A DNA stretch of 63,966 bases, filler included, from Caldilineae bacterium (GCA_037446815.1; 3 parts of 3 records of this genome joined end to end with filler, not necessarily neighbours in it), one strand, 5' to 3'. Positions 1 to 10,257 are shown, counted from the whole stretch's first letter. Program-made: numbers and translations. Notes: a model not told the origin generated them from the letters alone.

Positions 1-17
1 GGGTGGTGTAATATAGT

Positions 18-35
18 TTGTGAAATAACACACAA
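18..35. promoter_or_regulatory. Putative Rex operator upstream of the flavin oxidoreductase
   Basis: TTGTGAA-ATAA-CACACAA matches the Rex consensus TTGTGAA-N4-TTCACAA at 12/14 positions; a rex gene lies at 62999-63613 (different contig). Confidence 0.6.
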
Positions 36-67
36 TCCCGACCCGCGACGCGTTTCGGCGGCGGGCG

Positions 68-2353
68 ATGGCCGATAGGAGGAACCTCATGGACTACGAA
101 GAACGATTGCGGCGACTGGTGAGCGGGTACGGCGACTGGTTTGCCGATGGCGAGCGGCTCCGCGATGGCCGCATGACGGCCGATCTGTTTCCGTACACGC
201 ACCTGTTCCGGCCCATCCAGGTCAACGGCGTCAAGATTCGCAACCGCATCGTCATGGGCCCCATGGGCAACATCTGCATGGCCGACGAGACGGGCCGGCC
301 CAGCGCCAAGATGATTGAGTACTTCGTGGCGCGGGCCAAGGGCGGCGTGGGGCTGATCACGTCGGGGCTGATCCCTGTGAGCCACGGCGTGGACCCCTCG
401 GTAACGGAGCCGGGCAATCTGTCCTACTTCCCGCGCATTGACCGCTCGCGCACCAACTACGCGGGCTGGCGCATCCTGGCAGAGAACTGCCATGCCCATG
501 GGGCGCGGTTTTTCATCCAACTCACGCCTGGCCTGGGGCGGGTTGGCTCGCCCGAGTGCCTGGTGAAGAAGTACAAATTGCCCATCTCCTCGTACTGGAA
601 TCCCAACTTCTACATGCCCGAAGTGCCGTGCCGCCCGCTGACCAATCGCGAGTGCTGGAGGATCATCAAGAATGCGGGGCAGGCCGCTGCCGATGCTCAG
701 GGGTTGCTGATTGACGGCGTGTATCTCCACGGCCACGAGGGGTATCTCCTGGAGCAGATGACGAATCCCGCGTTCAACCGCCGCAAGTGGGGTACGTTCG
801 CCGACTGGCAGGCGTTCGGCGTGGAACTGGTGAAGGAGATTCGCAGGCGCACGGGCCCGCGCTATCCCATCATGTACCGCATTGACCTGTCGCTGGCGCT
901 GAACGCGACCTACGGCGAACGGATGCAGTCGGTCAAGGGGCTGCGCAGGTTCCGCAACGAGCGCACCGTGGCGATGACGTTGGAGTACATGGTCAACCTG
1001 GTGCGCGCGGGCGTGGACATGTTTGACGTGGATTTGGGCTGCTACGACAACTGGTGGCTGCCGCATCCGCCGGCGTCCATGCCGCCTGGGTGCTATCTGG
1101 AGGTGGCCAAGATCGTGAAGGACTACTTCGCGGAGCATGGCGTGAAGTCCAACGCAGGGCAGGAGGTGCCCATCGTGGCCGTGGGCAAACTGGGCTACCC
1201 CGACCTGGCGGAGCGGGCGCTGCGCGACGGCATGTGCGACATGGTGATGCTGGCGCGCCCGCTGCTGGCCGATCCCGAATGGCCCAAGAAGGCGTATGCG
1301 GGAAGGGTCCGCGAGATCATCCCCTGCATCGGCGACCAGGAAGGGTGCCTGAACGAGTTTCTGGAGGGCGGGCATCCGCAATGCGCCGTGAACCCGCGCA
1401 CCGGCTTTGAGGAACTGCTGCCCGACGAGCCGCCCCGCGCCGAGAGGCCCAAGCGCATCGCCGTGGTGGGGGCCGGCCCGGCGGGCGTGGTGTGCGCCAT
1501 CACCGCCGCGCGCCGCGGCCACCACGTAACGCTGTATGACAAGAACGCTCGGGCCGGCGGCATGCTGATTCCCGGCAGCGTTCCCAAGATCAAGTACGAC
1601 GTGGCCAGCTACGTGGAATACCTGAACGCCGCCTTGGAATCCCACGCGCGGGATTATGACCTGCGCGTGCACTTCGGCGCGGCGGTTACGCCGGAGGACC
1701 TGCGCGCGGGCGGGTTTGACGCCGTTGTCATCTGCGCGGGCGCGAAGCCGTGCGGCCTGCCGGTGCCGGGCGCCGACCTGCCCCATGTGGTGCAGGCGGT
1801 GGACCTGCTCCGCAATCCCGCGCTGGCCGATGGCAAGGGCAACATCGTCATCGTGGGCGGCGGCTCCGTGGGCTGCGAGACGGCGTACTTCCTGGCCTAC
1901 GAACTGGGCAAAGCGGCAACCATCGTGGAGATGCTGCCGTACTTCATGAAGGGGGTGTGCACGGCGAATCGCGGGCATCTGATTCACCACCTGGAGCGGA
2001 AGGGGGTGCGGCTGTTGAACTGCGCCACGGTGAAACGCATCGGCGAGGGGCAGGTGGTCATCGCGCGGAACGTGTCGCCCACGGTGCCCGACCCATACGT
2101 TACATGGCGGCCCATCTTGCCCGAAAACGTGCCCAACCCGCTGGCCCGGCCCATCCGTGAGGAACTGCGCGAGGAGGTGCTGGAGGCGGACCTGGTGGTG
2201 CTGGCGGTGGGGATGAAGCCGGACGACGCGCTGTACGAGGCGTGCGTGCGGGAGCGCGTCGCGCCGGAGGTGCACAACCTGGGCGACTCGTTCGCCGTGG
2301 GCCGGGTGTTTGAGGCGGTGAAGGCGGGGTATCGGGTGGGGCTGGCGGTTTGA
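68..2353 (+). CDS. NADH:flavin oxidoreductase, 2-enoate reductase-like (OYE TIM barrel plus FAD/NAD-binding domain)
   Basis: 761 aa; RNRIVMGPM, YLHGHEGYLL, ARPLLADPEW, Fe-S-like CIGDQEGC...CAVNP, GAGPAG and GGGSVG dinucleotide motifs. Start could be 89. Confidence 0.9.
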   Translation: MADRRNLMDYEERLRRLVSGYGDWFADGERLRDGRMTADLFPYTHLFRPIQVNGVKIRNRIVMGPMGNICMADETGRPSAKMIEYFVARAKGGVGLITSGLIPVSHGVDPSVTEPGNLSYFPRIDRSRTNYAGWRILAENCHAHGARFFIQLTPGLGRVGSPECLVKKYKLPISSYWNPNFYMPEVPCRPLTNRECWRIIKNAGQAAADAQGLLIDGVYLHGHEGYLLEQMTNPAFNRRKWGTFADWQAFGVELVKEIRRRTGPRYPIMYRIDLSLALNATYGERMQSVKGLRRFRNERTVAMTLEYMVNLVRAGVDMFDVDLGCYDNWWLPHPPASMPPGCYLEVAKIVKDYFAEHGVKSNAGQEVPIVAVGKLGYPDLAERALRDGMCDMVMLARPLLADPEWPKKAYAGRVREIIPCIGDQEGCLNEFLEGGHPQCAVNPRTGFEELLPDEPPRAERPKRIAVVGAGPAGVVCAITAARRGHHVTLYDKNARAGGMLIPGSVPKIKYDVASYVEYLNAALESHARDYDLRVHFGAAVTPEDLRAGGFDAVVICAGAKPCGLPVPGADLPHVVQAVDLLRNPALADGKGNIVIVGGGSVGCETAYFLAYELGKAATIVEMLPYFMKGVCTANRGHLIHHLERKGVRLLNCATVKRIGEGQVVIARNVSPTVPDPYVTWRPILPENVPNPLARPIREELREEVLEADLVVLAVGMKPDDALYEACVRERVAPEVHNLGDSFAVGRVFEAVKAGYRVGLAV

Positions 2354-2436
2354 GTTTCCCCTCACCCTAGCCCTCTCCCGCGGAGCGAGGGGACGTGCCA
2401 CCGGAAGCGGTTCTGCACACGTCAGGAGGCAAGCAT

Positions 2437-3360
2437 ATGCGTGTTCTCATCACAGGGGGGACGGGGTTGATCGGTTCGGCGCTGGCGGCGGAACTGGCGG
2501 GCGCCGGGCACGAGGTCATCGTGCTCAGCCGCAACCCGGACAGGGCGACGGGCCTGCCCGCGGGCGTGCGCGCCGAACGCTGGGACGGGCGCACGGCGCA
2601 GGGCTGGGGGCACCTGGCCGACGGCGCGGGCGCTATTGTCAACCTGGCGGGCGCCAGCATCGCCGGGGAGGGGCTGCTCCCCAGCCGCTGGACGCCCGAA
2701 CGCAAGCGGCTGATTCTCCAGAGCCGCCTGGACGCGGGCCGCGCCGTTGTGGAGGCCGTGCAGCAGGCCGCCCAGAAGCCCAGCGTCGTGGTGCAGGCTT
2801 CGGGCATCGGCATCTACGGGTTCGCGGGCGATCGCGTCGTAGACGAGAGCGCGCCGCCTGGCGACGACTGGCTGGCCCAGGTTGCGGTCCAATGGGAGGC
2901 GGCCACCGCGCCGGTGGAGGCGATGGGCGTGCGACGGGTTGTGATCCGCACGGCGGTGGTCTTCGCCCGCGATGGGGGCGTTCTGCCGCTGATGCTGTTG
3001 CCGTTCCGGCTCTTCGTCGGCGGGCCCATCGGCAGCGGCAGACAGTACGTGCCCTGGATTCACATCGCCGACGAGGTGGGCGCGATTCGCTTCCTCATAA
3101 AGCATCCCGACGCGCGCGGGCCGTTCAACCTTGTCGCGCCCGACATCCTCTCCAACGCCGAGATGAGCCGCGTCATCGCGCGGGTGTTGCGGCGGCCATC
3201 GTGGCTGCCGCTGCCGGCCTTCGCCATGCGCCTGCTGTTCGGCGAGGTGTCCACGCTCCTGCTGGAGGGCCAGCGTGCTGTGCCCGAGCGGTTGCGGGGA
3301 CTGGGCTACACCTTCCGATTCCCCACGCTGGAGAGCGCCCTGCAGGACCTGACGCGATAG
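2437..3360 (+). CDS. TIGR01777-family NAD-dependent epimerase/oxidoreductase (YfcH-like)
   Basis: ITGGTGLIG, VNLAGA, GSGRQYVPWIH, GYTFRFP; GGAGG RBS before ATG 2437. Confidence 0.9.
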   Translation: MRVLITGGTGLIGSALAAELAGAGHEVIVLSRNPDRATGLPAGVRAERWDGRTAQGWGHLADGAGAIVNLAGASIAGEGLLPSRWTPERKRLILQSRLDAGRAVVEAVQQAAQKPSVVVQASGIGIYGFAGDRVVDESAPPGDDWLAQVAVQWEAATAPVEAMGVRRVVIRTAVVFARDGGVLPLMLLPFRLFVGGPIGSGRQYVPWIHIADEVGAIRFLIKHPDARGPFNLVAPDILSNAEMSRVIARVLRRPSWLPLPAFAMRLLFGEVSTLLLEGQRAVPERLRGLGYTFRFPTLESALQDLTR

Positions 3361-3380
3361 GCGTGCACTGCGCCGCGCCC

Positions 3381-3530
3381 GCCTCGGTTCCATCTTGTGT
3401 TGGTGAAACGCATGGACACTCTCCCCGTGTGTCGTTGCGAGCGAAGCGAAGCAACCTCACGCCCCAGAGATTGCTTCGGGCGCTCCGCGCCCTCGCAATG
3501 ACAAGTGCCAACAGACTTTGTAACCGAATC
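3381..3530 (+). mobile_element. 150-bp MITE, copy 1
   Basis: Imperfect TIRs (TCGGTTCCA...TGTAACCGAATC), internal multi-hairpin, 8-bp flanking duplication CCGCGCCC/CCGCGCCC. Confidence 0.85.
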
Positions 3531-3545
3531 CCGCGCCCGCGATTG

Positions 3546-3573
3546 TTGACAGCAGGGCCGAGACCCCTATAAT
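3546..3573 (+). promoter_or_regulatory. sigma70-type promoter for the epimerase/WecB genes
   Basis: TTGACA-16 nt-TATAAT. Confidence 0.7.
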
Positions 3574-3647
3574 TATGGAGAGGCGGGGGTGGCGCAGCCA
3601 GTCGCCCCGTGCAGCACACCATCATCCACTTCACCGTGAGAGGCATC

Positions 3648-4667
3648 ATGGGATTCTGGGAGGGCCGGCGGGTCCTCGTAACCGGCGGAGCCTCGTTCAT
3701 TGGGTCGCACCTGGTAGATGCGCTTGTAGCGCAAGGGGCTACGGTACGGGTCGTGGACGACCTGTCCAGCGGCAAGTTGGCCAACATCCAGGGGCATCTG
3801 GACGCGCGCACAGTTGAATTCACCAGGGCCGACCTGCGCGAGCCAGGGGTTGCTCGCGAAGCCATGCGCGACATTCAGACGGTGTTCCACCTTGCCGCGG
3901 ATCACGGCGGGCGCGGCTATGTGGATTCGCACCAGGCCGGCCCCGCGACGGACTTCTTCCTCGGCGGGTTGATCTTCTGGGAAGCGCGTCGCGCCGGCGT
4001 GGAGAAGGTCGTCTACGCCTCGTCGGGGTGCGTGTACCCCAATTACCTACAGTCGGATCCCAAGCAGGAACTGTACCTCACCGAGGACATGGTCAAGCCC
4101 CCGTATGACGCGGACAACCTGTACGGCTGGACCAAACTCATGAACGAGTTGACGCTGCGGGCCTATTGCGCCGAGTACGGCATGAAGGGGGTGTCCTGCC
4201 GGTATTTCACCGTGTACGGGCCGCGCGGCAGGGAGAATCACGCCGTCATCGCCATGATCGCGCGGGCCTTCGTGGGCGAGAACCCGTTTGAGGTCTGGGG
4301 CGACGGCAACCAGGTCCGCAACTGGACATACGTGGAGGACATTGTTCGCGGCACGCTGCTGGCCGCCGAGAAGGTTGACGACGGCACGGCCATCAACCTG
4401 GGCACGATGGAGCGGGTGCGGGTCATAGACGCCGTCCGCATGGTGCTGGACTACACGGGGCACAAGGCCGAAATCCGTCTTCGGCCCGACATGCCGACCG
4501 GCCCCATGAATCGCGTGGCGGATAACTCCCTCGCCAAGCGCCTGCTGGGCTGGGAGCCGCAGGTGGCGTTCAAGGATGGCCTGAAGCGCACGATTGACTG
4601 GTACTTCGCCACCAAGGACCGCGACGAGGTGCGGCGCATACTGGCGCGGGCGCTCATGGAGCGATAG
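3648..4667 (+). CDS. NAD-dependent nucleotide-sugar epimerase/dehydratase (extended SDR)
   Basis: VTGGASFIGSHL, YASSGCVY, YGWTK (YxxxK), VWGDGNQVR. Confidence 0.9.
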   Translation: MGFWEGRRVLVTGGASFIGSHLVDALVAQGATVRVVDDLSSGKLANIQGHLDARTVEFTRADLREPGVAREAMRDIQTVFHLAADHGGRGYVDSHQAGPATDFFLGGLIFWEARRAGVEKVVYASSGCVYPNYLQSDPKQELYLTEDMVKPPYDADNLYGWTKLMNELTLRAYCAEYGMKGVSCRYFTVYGPRGRENHAVIAMIARAFVGENPFEVWGDGNQVRNWTYVEDIVRGTLLAAEKVDDGTAINLGTMERVRVIDAVRMVLDYTGHKAEIRLRPDMPTGPMNRVADNSLAKRLLGWEPQVAFKDGLKRTIDWYFATKDRDEVRRILARALMER

Positions 4668-5438
4668 ATGGAGACGCCGCGTCGGGTCAACATCCTGGGC
4701 GTGGGCATCAGCGCCATCAACATGGAGCAGGCCCTCGCCATCATAGACGACTGGATTGCCCGACGCGACCCGCATTACGTCTGTGTGTCCACGGTGCACG
4801 GCGTGATGGAGTGCCAACGGGATGAGGCCGTGCGCCGCGCCCTCAATTCCAGCGGCCTCACCACTCCGGATGGCATGCCCCTGGTGTGGATTTCGCGCCT
4901 GCGCGGGTTCCGCCACGTCAGGCGAGTGTACGGGCCGGACCTCATGCTGGCCGTGTGCGAGCGTTCCGTGGCCAAGGGATACCGGCACTACCTCTACGGA
5001 GGCCAGCGAGGGGTCGCCGAGTTGCTGAAGGCGCGCCTAGAGCAGCGGTTTCCGGGGGTGCAAATTGTGGGCGTGGACTGTCCGCCCTTTGAGCCGCTGA
5101 CGCCCGAAGAGGACGAGCGGGCGGTGCAACGCATCAACGCGGCCCGCCCGGATATCGTGTGGGTGGGGATGAGCACGCCCAAGCAGGACCTGTGGGCTGC
5201 GGAGCATGTGGGGCGGCTCCACGCGCCCGTCATCATCGCCGTGGGGGCGGCGTTTGACTTCGTGTCGGGGCGCAAGCGCCAGGCCCCGCGCTGGATGCGC
5301 AACAGTGGCCTGGAATGGCTGTTCCGGCTGATGCAGGAGCCGCGACGGTTGTGGCGGCGCTATCTGCTCTACAATCCGCTGTTCATCTGGCTCCTGCTGG
5401 GGCAGTGCCTGGGCCTGCGCGACTATTCGCTGGACTGA
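4668..5438 (+). CDS. WecB/TagA/CpsF-family glycosyltransferase
   Basis: PDGMPLVW, GPDLM, VGMSTPKQD, GAAFDF, GLEWLFRL...EPRRLWRRY. Confidence 0.93.
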   Translation: METPRRVNILGVGISAINMEQALAIIDDWIARRDPHYVCVSTVHGVMECQRDEAVRRALNSSGLTTPDGMPLVWISRLRGFRHVRRVYGPDLMLAVCERSVAKGYRHYLYGGQRGVAELLKARLEQRFPGVQIVGVDCPPFEPLTPEEDERAVQRINAARPDIVWVGMSTPKQDLWAAEHVGRLHAPVIIAVGAAFDFVSGRKRQAPRWMRNSGLEWLFRLMQEPRRLWRRYLLYNPLFIWLLLGQCLGLRDYSLD

Positions 5439-5449
5439 AATCTCGCCTG

Positions 5450-6631
5450 CTACTTCACCAGACCCTCGTACACGGCCAGGGTCTTGGCGGCCAGTTTGTC
5501 CCACGTGAAGTTGGCCAGGGCCTTCTGTCGCCCCGCCTCGCCCATGCGCCGCGCCATCGCCGGGTCGGACAGGAGGGCGCAGATGCGGTCGGCGATCTGG
5601 GCCGGCTGCGGCTGGACCACGAAGCCATCCACGCCGTCGGAAATCACCTCGCGCACGGCGGGAATGTCGCCGCCGATTACGGGTTTGCCCATCAACCACG
5701 CTTCCACGAAGACGCCGCCAAAACTCTCCTGCGAGGAGGGCATGCAGAACACGTCGCAGGCGGCCATTGCCGAGGTCTTCTCCCCAAGGCCGACGGTGTC
5801 CAGTTCCACAACGCGCGGGTCAGCGCAGGCTGCGAAGACGCGCCGCGAGTGGGGGGTGCGCGGGCCGATGAAGACAAAGCGCGCATCGGGCCAGCGCGCC
5901 CAGACAGTAGGCGCTGCCGCCAACACCGCCTCGTAGTTCTTGTATGCGAATTTCTGGCCGACGAACAGCACCATGGGGCCGCCGATTCCGTGTCGGGCAC
6001 GGAACGCGTCCGCGTCGTGCCGCGCCGCCAGTATCGGCCCTATGCCCGTAACATGAATGCGGTCCTCGGGCACGCCCAGTCCGGCCAGGGTCTCCCGCTC
6101 GGCATGGGTCAGCGCGATGACGGCGTCGGCCTCGCGGTACAGGCGGATGTAGGCGCGGTAGAACCATCCGACCCAGCGCGGGTGATGGACAGGCGTGAAG
6201 ACAAAGGGCACATCCAGGCGTCGGGCCAGGCGCAAGGACGCGTAACTGATGCCTTCGCGCCCGATGCGCCCGTTGTGGATGATGTCCGGCTGCCCGCACA
6301 GGGGCGCGAGTCGCCGCTCCAGAATCCGCGCGATGCCGGGGAGGGCGACATCTTTGAGCGGATAGTACGTCGCGGCGAGGGGCGCGAGCAGGAGCCGGTC
6401 TGCCAGCGACAGGCGCAGCGGCGATACCGGGATGCCGTCCATGCTGTAGGGACGCGGGTTCCAGGGGGCCAGCACCGTTGTACCCAGGAGCCAGTCGGTG
6501 CGGTTGGTGCGCCAGTGGGCGATGACGTGCACCTGATGGGCACGCGCGAGGGCGCACGCCAGCGCGTGGAAGTGCAGTTGCGCGCCTCCGATGGCGGGCG
6601 GGTAGGCCGTGAGCGTGTAGCAGATGCGCAT
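5450..6631 (-). CDS. Glycosyltransferase family 4
   Basis: YPPAIGGAQ N-terminus, MPSSQESFGGVFVEAW, EVISDGVDG; start placed at MRICY. Confidence 0.9.
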   Translation of the reverse strand: MRICYTLTAYPPAIGGAQLHFHALACALARAHQVHVIAHWRTNRTDWLLGTTVLAPWNPRPYSMDGIPVSPLRLSLADRLLLAPLAATYYPLKDVALPGIARILERRLAPLCGQPDIIHNGRIGREGISYASLRLARRLDVPFVFTPVHHPRWVGWFYRAYIRLYREADAVIALTHAERETLAGLGVPEDRIHVTGIGPILAARHDADAFRARHGIGGPMVLFVGQKFAYKNYEAVLAAAPTVWARWPDARFVFIGPRTPHSRRVFAACADPRVVELDTVGLGEKTSAMAACDVFCMPSSQESFGGVFVEAWLMGKPVIGGDIPAVREVISDGVDGFVVQPQPAQIADRICALLSDPAMARRMGEAGRQKALANFTWDKLAAKTLAVYEGLVK

Positions 6632-6637
6632 GGCGCG

Positions 6638-6695
6638 ATTGTAGCACGGGCGGGCTGCGAGGGCAATTGATAAATACGGAAAAGTGTGGTAAAAT
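6638..6695. promoter_or_regulatory. Back-to-back divergent sigma70 promoters (GT4 gene and ECF sigma gene)
   Basis: Minus strand TTGCCC-17-TACAAT (6666-6638) ending 6 nt before the GT4 ATG; plus strand TTGATA-17-TAAAAT (6667-6695). Confidence 0.6.
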
Positions 6696-6765
6696 ATAAG
6701 CGCAAACCGAGGCGAACCCATACCCAAAGCCTGCCGGTTTGCGTTGTTTTCACTGGGGGAGATTC

Positions 6766-7326
6766 ATGGAGGCCGACTTGCTTGCGCGGAGAGAGCAAGA
6801 GTTGGTAAGGCGCGCCCAGAGCCGCGACTCGGCCGCCTTCGCCGAACTCTACGATCTCCACTACCGCCGCGTGTACACGTACATCTACTACCGGGTCGGA
6901 AACCAGGAACTGGCGGAAGACCTGGCAGCAGACGTGTTTGTGCGCGGCTGGCAAGCAATCGGCTCCTTTGATTACCGGGGAGTGCCTGTGGCCGCGTGGC
7001 TGTTGCGGATCGCGCGAAACCGCGTGATTGACCATTTCCGCCGTTCGGGTAAGCGCGAGACCGTGGAGTTGGAAGATCAGCACGTGGACCTGGCCCAAGA
7101 CCCCGAATCGGAGGTGGAAACCCATCTCCTCCGTGAAGACCTGATGCGCTTGATGTCGCACCTTACGGACGACCAGCGCGATGTCATCATCCTGAAATTC
7201 TTTGAGGGGATGTCCAATGCCGAGGTGGCTGCCATATTGGGCAAGCCGGAGGGAGCCGTGAAGTCGCTGCAACACCGCGGCCTGGCGGCCCTGCGAAGGC
7301 ACTGGGACAGGGGTGAAAAAGGATGA
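6766..7326 (+). CDS. ECF RNA polymerase sigma factor
   Basis: AFAELYD, AEDLAADVF, AWLLRIARNRVIDHFR, region 4 EVAAILGKPEGAVKSLQHRG. Confidence 0.95.
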   Translation: MEADLLARREQELVRRAQSRDSAAFAELYDLHYRRVYTYIYYRVGNQELAEDLAADVFVRGWQAIGSFDYRGVPVAAWLLRIARNRVIDHFRRSGKRETVELEDQHVDLAQDPESEVETHLLREDLMRLMSHLTDDQRDVIILKFFEGMSNAEVAAILGKPEGAVKSLQHRGLAALRRHWDRGEKG

Positions 7327-9929
7327 TCCGAAGGTTTAGGGACGTTCTGGATGAGAAACTAGAGCAGTTGCGCAGGGGGCAGACGCCGGATCTGTCGCCG
7401 TACCGCGCAGGCTCGCCCCAGGGCGACGAATTGGCGGGGTTGCTGGAACTCGCGGCGGCGCTGCAGGCGGTGCCCGCGCCTGAACCGTCGGCGCTGGCCG
7501 TGGCGCGGGGCAAGCAACGGCTGCTCGCGGCGATGGCCGAAAGCGAGCGGGAGAAGGCGCCGAGGGCGCTCGGCCTGTGGCCCCTGCTCAAGCCGGCGTT
7601 CGCCGCCGCGATGGCCGCGGTCGTGTGCCTGGTGCTGGTATTCGCCGTCAACGCGCTGGGCGAGCGCAGCCTGCCCGGAAGCGCATTCTATCCCGTGAAG
7701 ACCATCAAAGAGCGCATTCAGGTGCTGGTAGCCGACACCCCCAGGGAGCAGGCAGCCGTGCACCTGCGCATGGCCAAGCGTCGGCTCAACGAGTTGCAGC
7801 GGGTTACCTTGCGCGACGGCGCGGCCGACCTAGCTCTTCTGGACGCCATGACGCGGGAGATGGACGCCGCGTTGGAGGCCCTGGCGCAGGTTCCCGCCAC
7901 CCAGTCGGGGGCGCTGGTGGCCGACCTCGCGTCGGTGGCCCGCCGGCAGCAGTCCACCCTCTTGTGGGTGCAGCGACATTCCGCGCCCGAACAGCAAGCG
8001 GCATTGGCCCGGGCCATTGTCCGCGCCCACGAGACGTACCAGATGGCGCTGGCCGCTCCCGCGCAGGGCCTGAAGGTTACGCGGCCCTTGAGCGCGATGG
8101 CGGTTGCCGCCATCGTGGAGTTCAAAGGGCCGGTGCTGGGCGAAGACCCCGACGTACTGACCGTGGGCAGCCATCAGGTTGGCGTAATCTCCGTAACCGA
8201 CATGGAGGGGCGGCCCGATTTGGGCGCTACGGTAGAGGTGCGAGCCGCGCGGCTGCAGGATGGCCGCCTGGTGGCCTTGAGCATTCGCCAGACGGCGCCG
8301 CCCGCCGAGGGCCTGTGGGTTCGCGTCAACGGAACGATCACCGGCGCCTATGACAGCACGTGGCTCATCAACGGTCGGCCCGTGGTGTTCAGCGCGGCGA
8401 CGAACCTCGTGGGTTGGCTCCAACCCGGCGCCCATGTGGAGGCTAGCGGCTTGCTCCGCAGCGACGGGACCGTGCTCGCCCACGACGTGGAGGTGGAGGT
8501 AGCGCAACACGAGGTCAATCTCATCGGGCCGGTGGCCGAACGCAGCCCTGACCAATGGGTTGTGGCGGGCGTTCCGGTGAAGGTTGTTCCGGCCACGTAC
8601 ATTGACGAGACCCAGGCGCTGGCCGAGCAAAGCCAGGGCGCCAGCGTCCGCGCCGTGCGGCAGAGCGACGGCACGCTGGTCGCGCGGAGCATCACGGCGC
8701 TGCGCGAGGAACCGCAGGCGTCGGTGGTTGTGAAGGATGTGGTGGTCGCTCGCCAGGGCGACGTGTGGACCGTGGGCGACTGGGATGTGGCCACCGACAC
8801 GCAGACGCGCATCATCGCCGAGGGCGATCCCGTGGGCCGCGTCGCGGAGGTCTCGGCGGAACGGCGTCCCGATGGCAGGCTGCGCGCCGTGCGCATTGCC
8901 GTGGAGCCGACTGCCCGCCGCGAGACGGTGCGCATCGCCTTCCAGGGCAGCGCGCAGTGGGTGGATGGGACGCTCACCGTCGCCGGGCATCCAGTGAGCA
9001 TGGGCGAGGCCACGTCGGCATGGGCTGATGACCGGCCGCTGGCCACTCTGCGACCCGCGCCCGGGCGGACGCTGGCGGTGGAAGGCTGGCTCCAGCCCGA
9101 TGGCACGGTGGCCGCGGACAACGTGCGCGCTGTCCGCACGGGCAAGATGACGGAGTTGCACGGCACGGTGCGCACGATTCAGGATGGGAGCCTGATTCTG
9201 GATGACCGCACCATCTACTTGGACGAGTGCGTGGAAGTCGTGGCCCCGGGCGGGCCGATGAGCCTGGCCGACATCGCGCCTGGGCTGTTGGTTACCGTCA
9301 TGGGCGAGGCCGGGCCGGATGATTCGTTCGTGGCGTGGAAAGTGCTTGTGGGCGGGATTGTGCCGGACAAAGGCCCGGCTCCCAAACCGACGGCGGAGCC
9401 CGAACCCGCCCAGCCGCCGGCGCCAACGCCGGTAACGCCTGCGCCTTCGGCGACGCCATTGCCGACGACGCCGGCCCACCCCAAAGGCGGCCACGGGACG
9501 CCGGTGCCGCCGACGGCAACGCCCGAACCGAGCGAGACGCCGTCCGCGCCCGGGCCTGGCGGGCCGCCGGAGCCGACACCTCCGCCGACGCCGACGCCGT
9601 GGCCGACGATGGTGATCCGCCCGAAGGGCAAGACGCCGCTGCCCGTTCCGCCGACGGAGACGCCAATGCCCACGCCGACGCCCACCCCGACGGCAACGGC
9701 GGTGCCGACGGACACGCCGCCTGCGCCTGGGCCGGGCGGGCCGCCGGAGCCGACCCCAACACCAACACCGACGCCAACGCCCACGGCGAGCGAGCCTGCT
9801 CCTGGACCGGGAGCGCCGCCGGAGCCGACCGCGACGGCAACGCCGATGCCCACGCTCGCCCCGAAGCGGCCGCGCCCGTTGCCGACGCTTCAGCCGCCCG
9901 GCAAGCCCATGCCCATGCCGACGGGGTAA
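7323..9929 (+). CDS. Probable anti-sigma factor: TM helix, DUF5667-like helical domain, repeated DUF5666-like beta domains, Pro/Thr-rich tail
   Basis: ATGA overlap with the sigma gene; SLPGSAFYPVK motif; about 5-6 repeats of V.V.G....DG.LxA..I; long PTPT tail. Confidence 0.7.
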   Translation: MIRRFRDVLDEKLEQLRRGQTPDLSPYRAGSPQGDELAGLLELAAALQAVPAPEPSALAVARGKQRLLAAMAESEREKAPRALGLWPLLKPAFAAAMAAVVCLVLVFAVNALGERSLPGSAFYPVKTIKERIQVLVADTPREQAAVHLRMAKRRLNELQRVTLRDGAADLALLDAMTREMDAALEALAQVPATQSGALVADLASVARRQQSTLLWVQRHSAPEQQAALARAIVRAHETYQMALAAPAQGLKVTRPLSAMAVAAIVEFKGPVLGEDPDVLTVGSHQVGVISVTDMEGRPDLGATVEVRAARLQDGRLVALSIRQTAPPAEGLWVRVNGTITGAYDSTWLINGRPVVFSAATNLVGWLQPGAHVEASGLLRSDGTVLAHDVEVEVAQHEVNLIGPVAERSPDQWVVAGVPVKVVPATYIDETQALAEQSQGASVRAVRQSDGTLVARSITALREEPQASVVVKDVVVARQGDVWTVGDWDVATDTQTRIIAEGDPVGRVAEVSAERRPDGRLRAVRIAVEPTARRETVRIAFQGSAQWVDGTLTVAGHPVSMGEATSAWADDRPLATLRPAPGRTLAVEGWLQPDGTVAADNVRAVRTGKMTELHGTVRTIQDGSLILDDRTIYLDECVEVVAPGGPMSLADIAPGLLVTVMGEAGPDDSFVAWKVLVGGIVPDKGPAPKPTAEPEPAQPPAPTPVTPAPSATPLPTTPAHPKGGHGTPVPPTATPEPSETPSAPGPGGPPEPTPPPTPTPWPTMVIRPKGKTPLPVPPTETPMPTPTPTPTATAVPTDTPPAPGPGGPPEPTPTPTPTPTPTASEPAPGPGAPPEPTATATPMPTLAPKRPRPLPTLQPPGKPMPMPTG

Positions 9930-10257
9930 GCCCGCGCCCCTGGACCGGGAAGGTCGCGCGATAACATCCTGGCCCGCGCCACGGGGTGCACATCCGTTTG
10001 GGCAGGCTGGCTGCACTGCGCAGGCTCTGCGCGCCGTCGCTGGCTGCTCTACACCCACCAAAGTTGGCCTCCGTCGCGTGGCGTGCGGCGGCGGGCTTTT
10101 GACCTCACCTAACCCCTCCCACACCCTCCCCTTTCCTCTCCGCCGGCGGAGAGGAAAGGGGAGGGCTGGGGTGGGAATTGGTGAGGTAGACTTCGCTCGG
10201 CCAACCTAGCGATGCCCGATGATTGTTGTCGCAGAACGGGCATCCGCCCGCGCCATG

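Noticed and set aside
7830..10124. Long antisense and alternate-frame ORFs (also 17198-19234, 22212-23834, 25440-26945, 34452-36059)
   Set aside because: Shadow ORFs expected in high-GC DNA opposite recognisable genes; no motifs.
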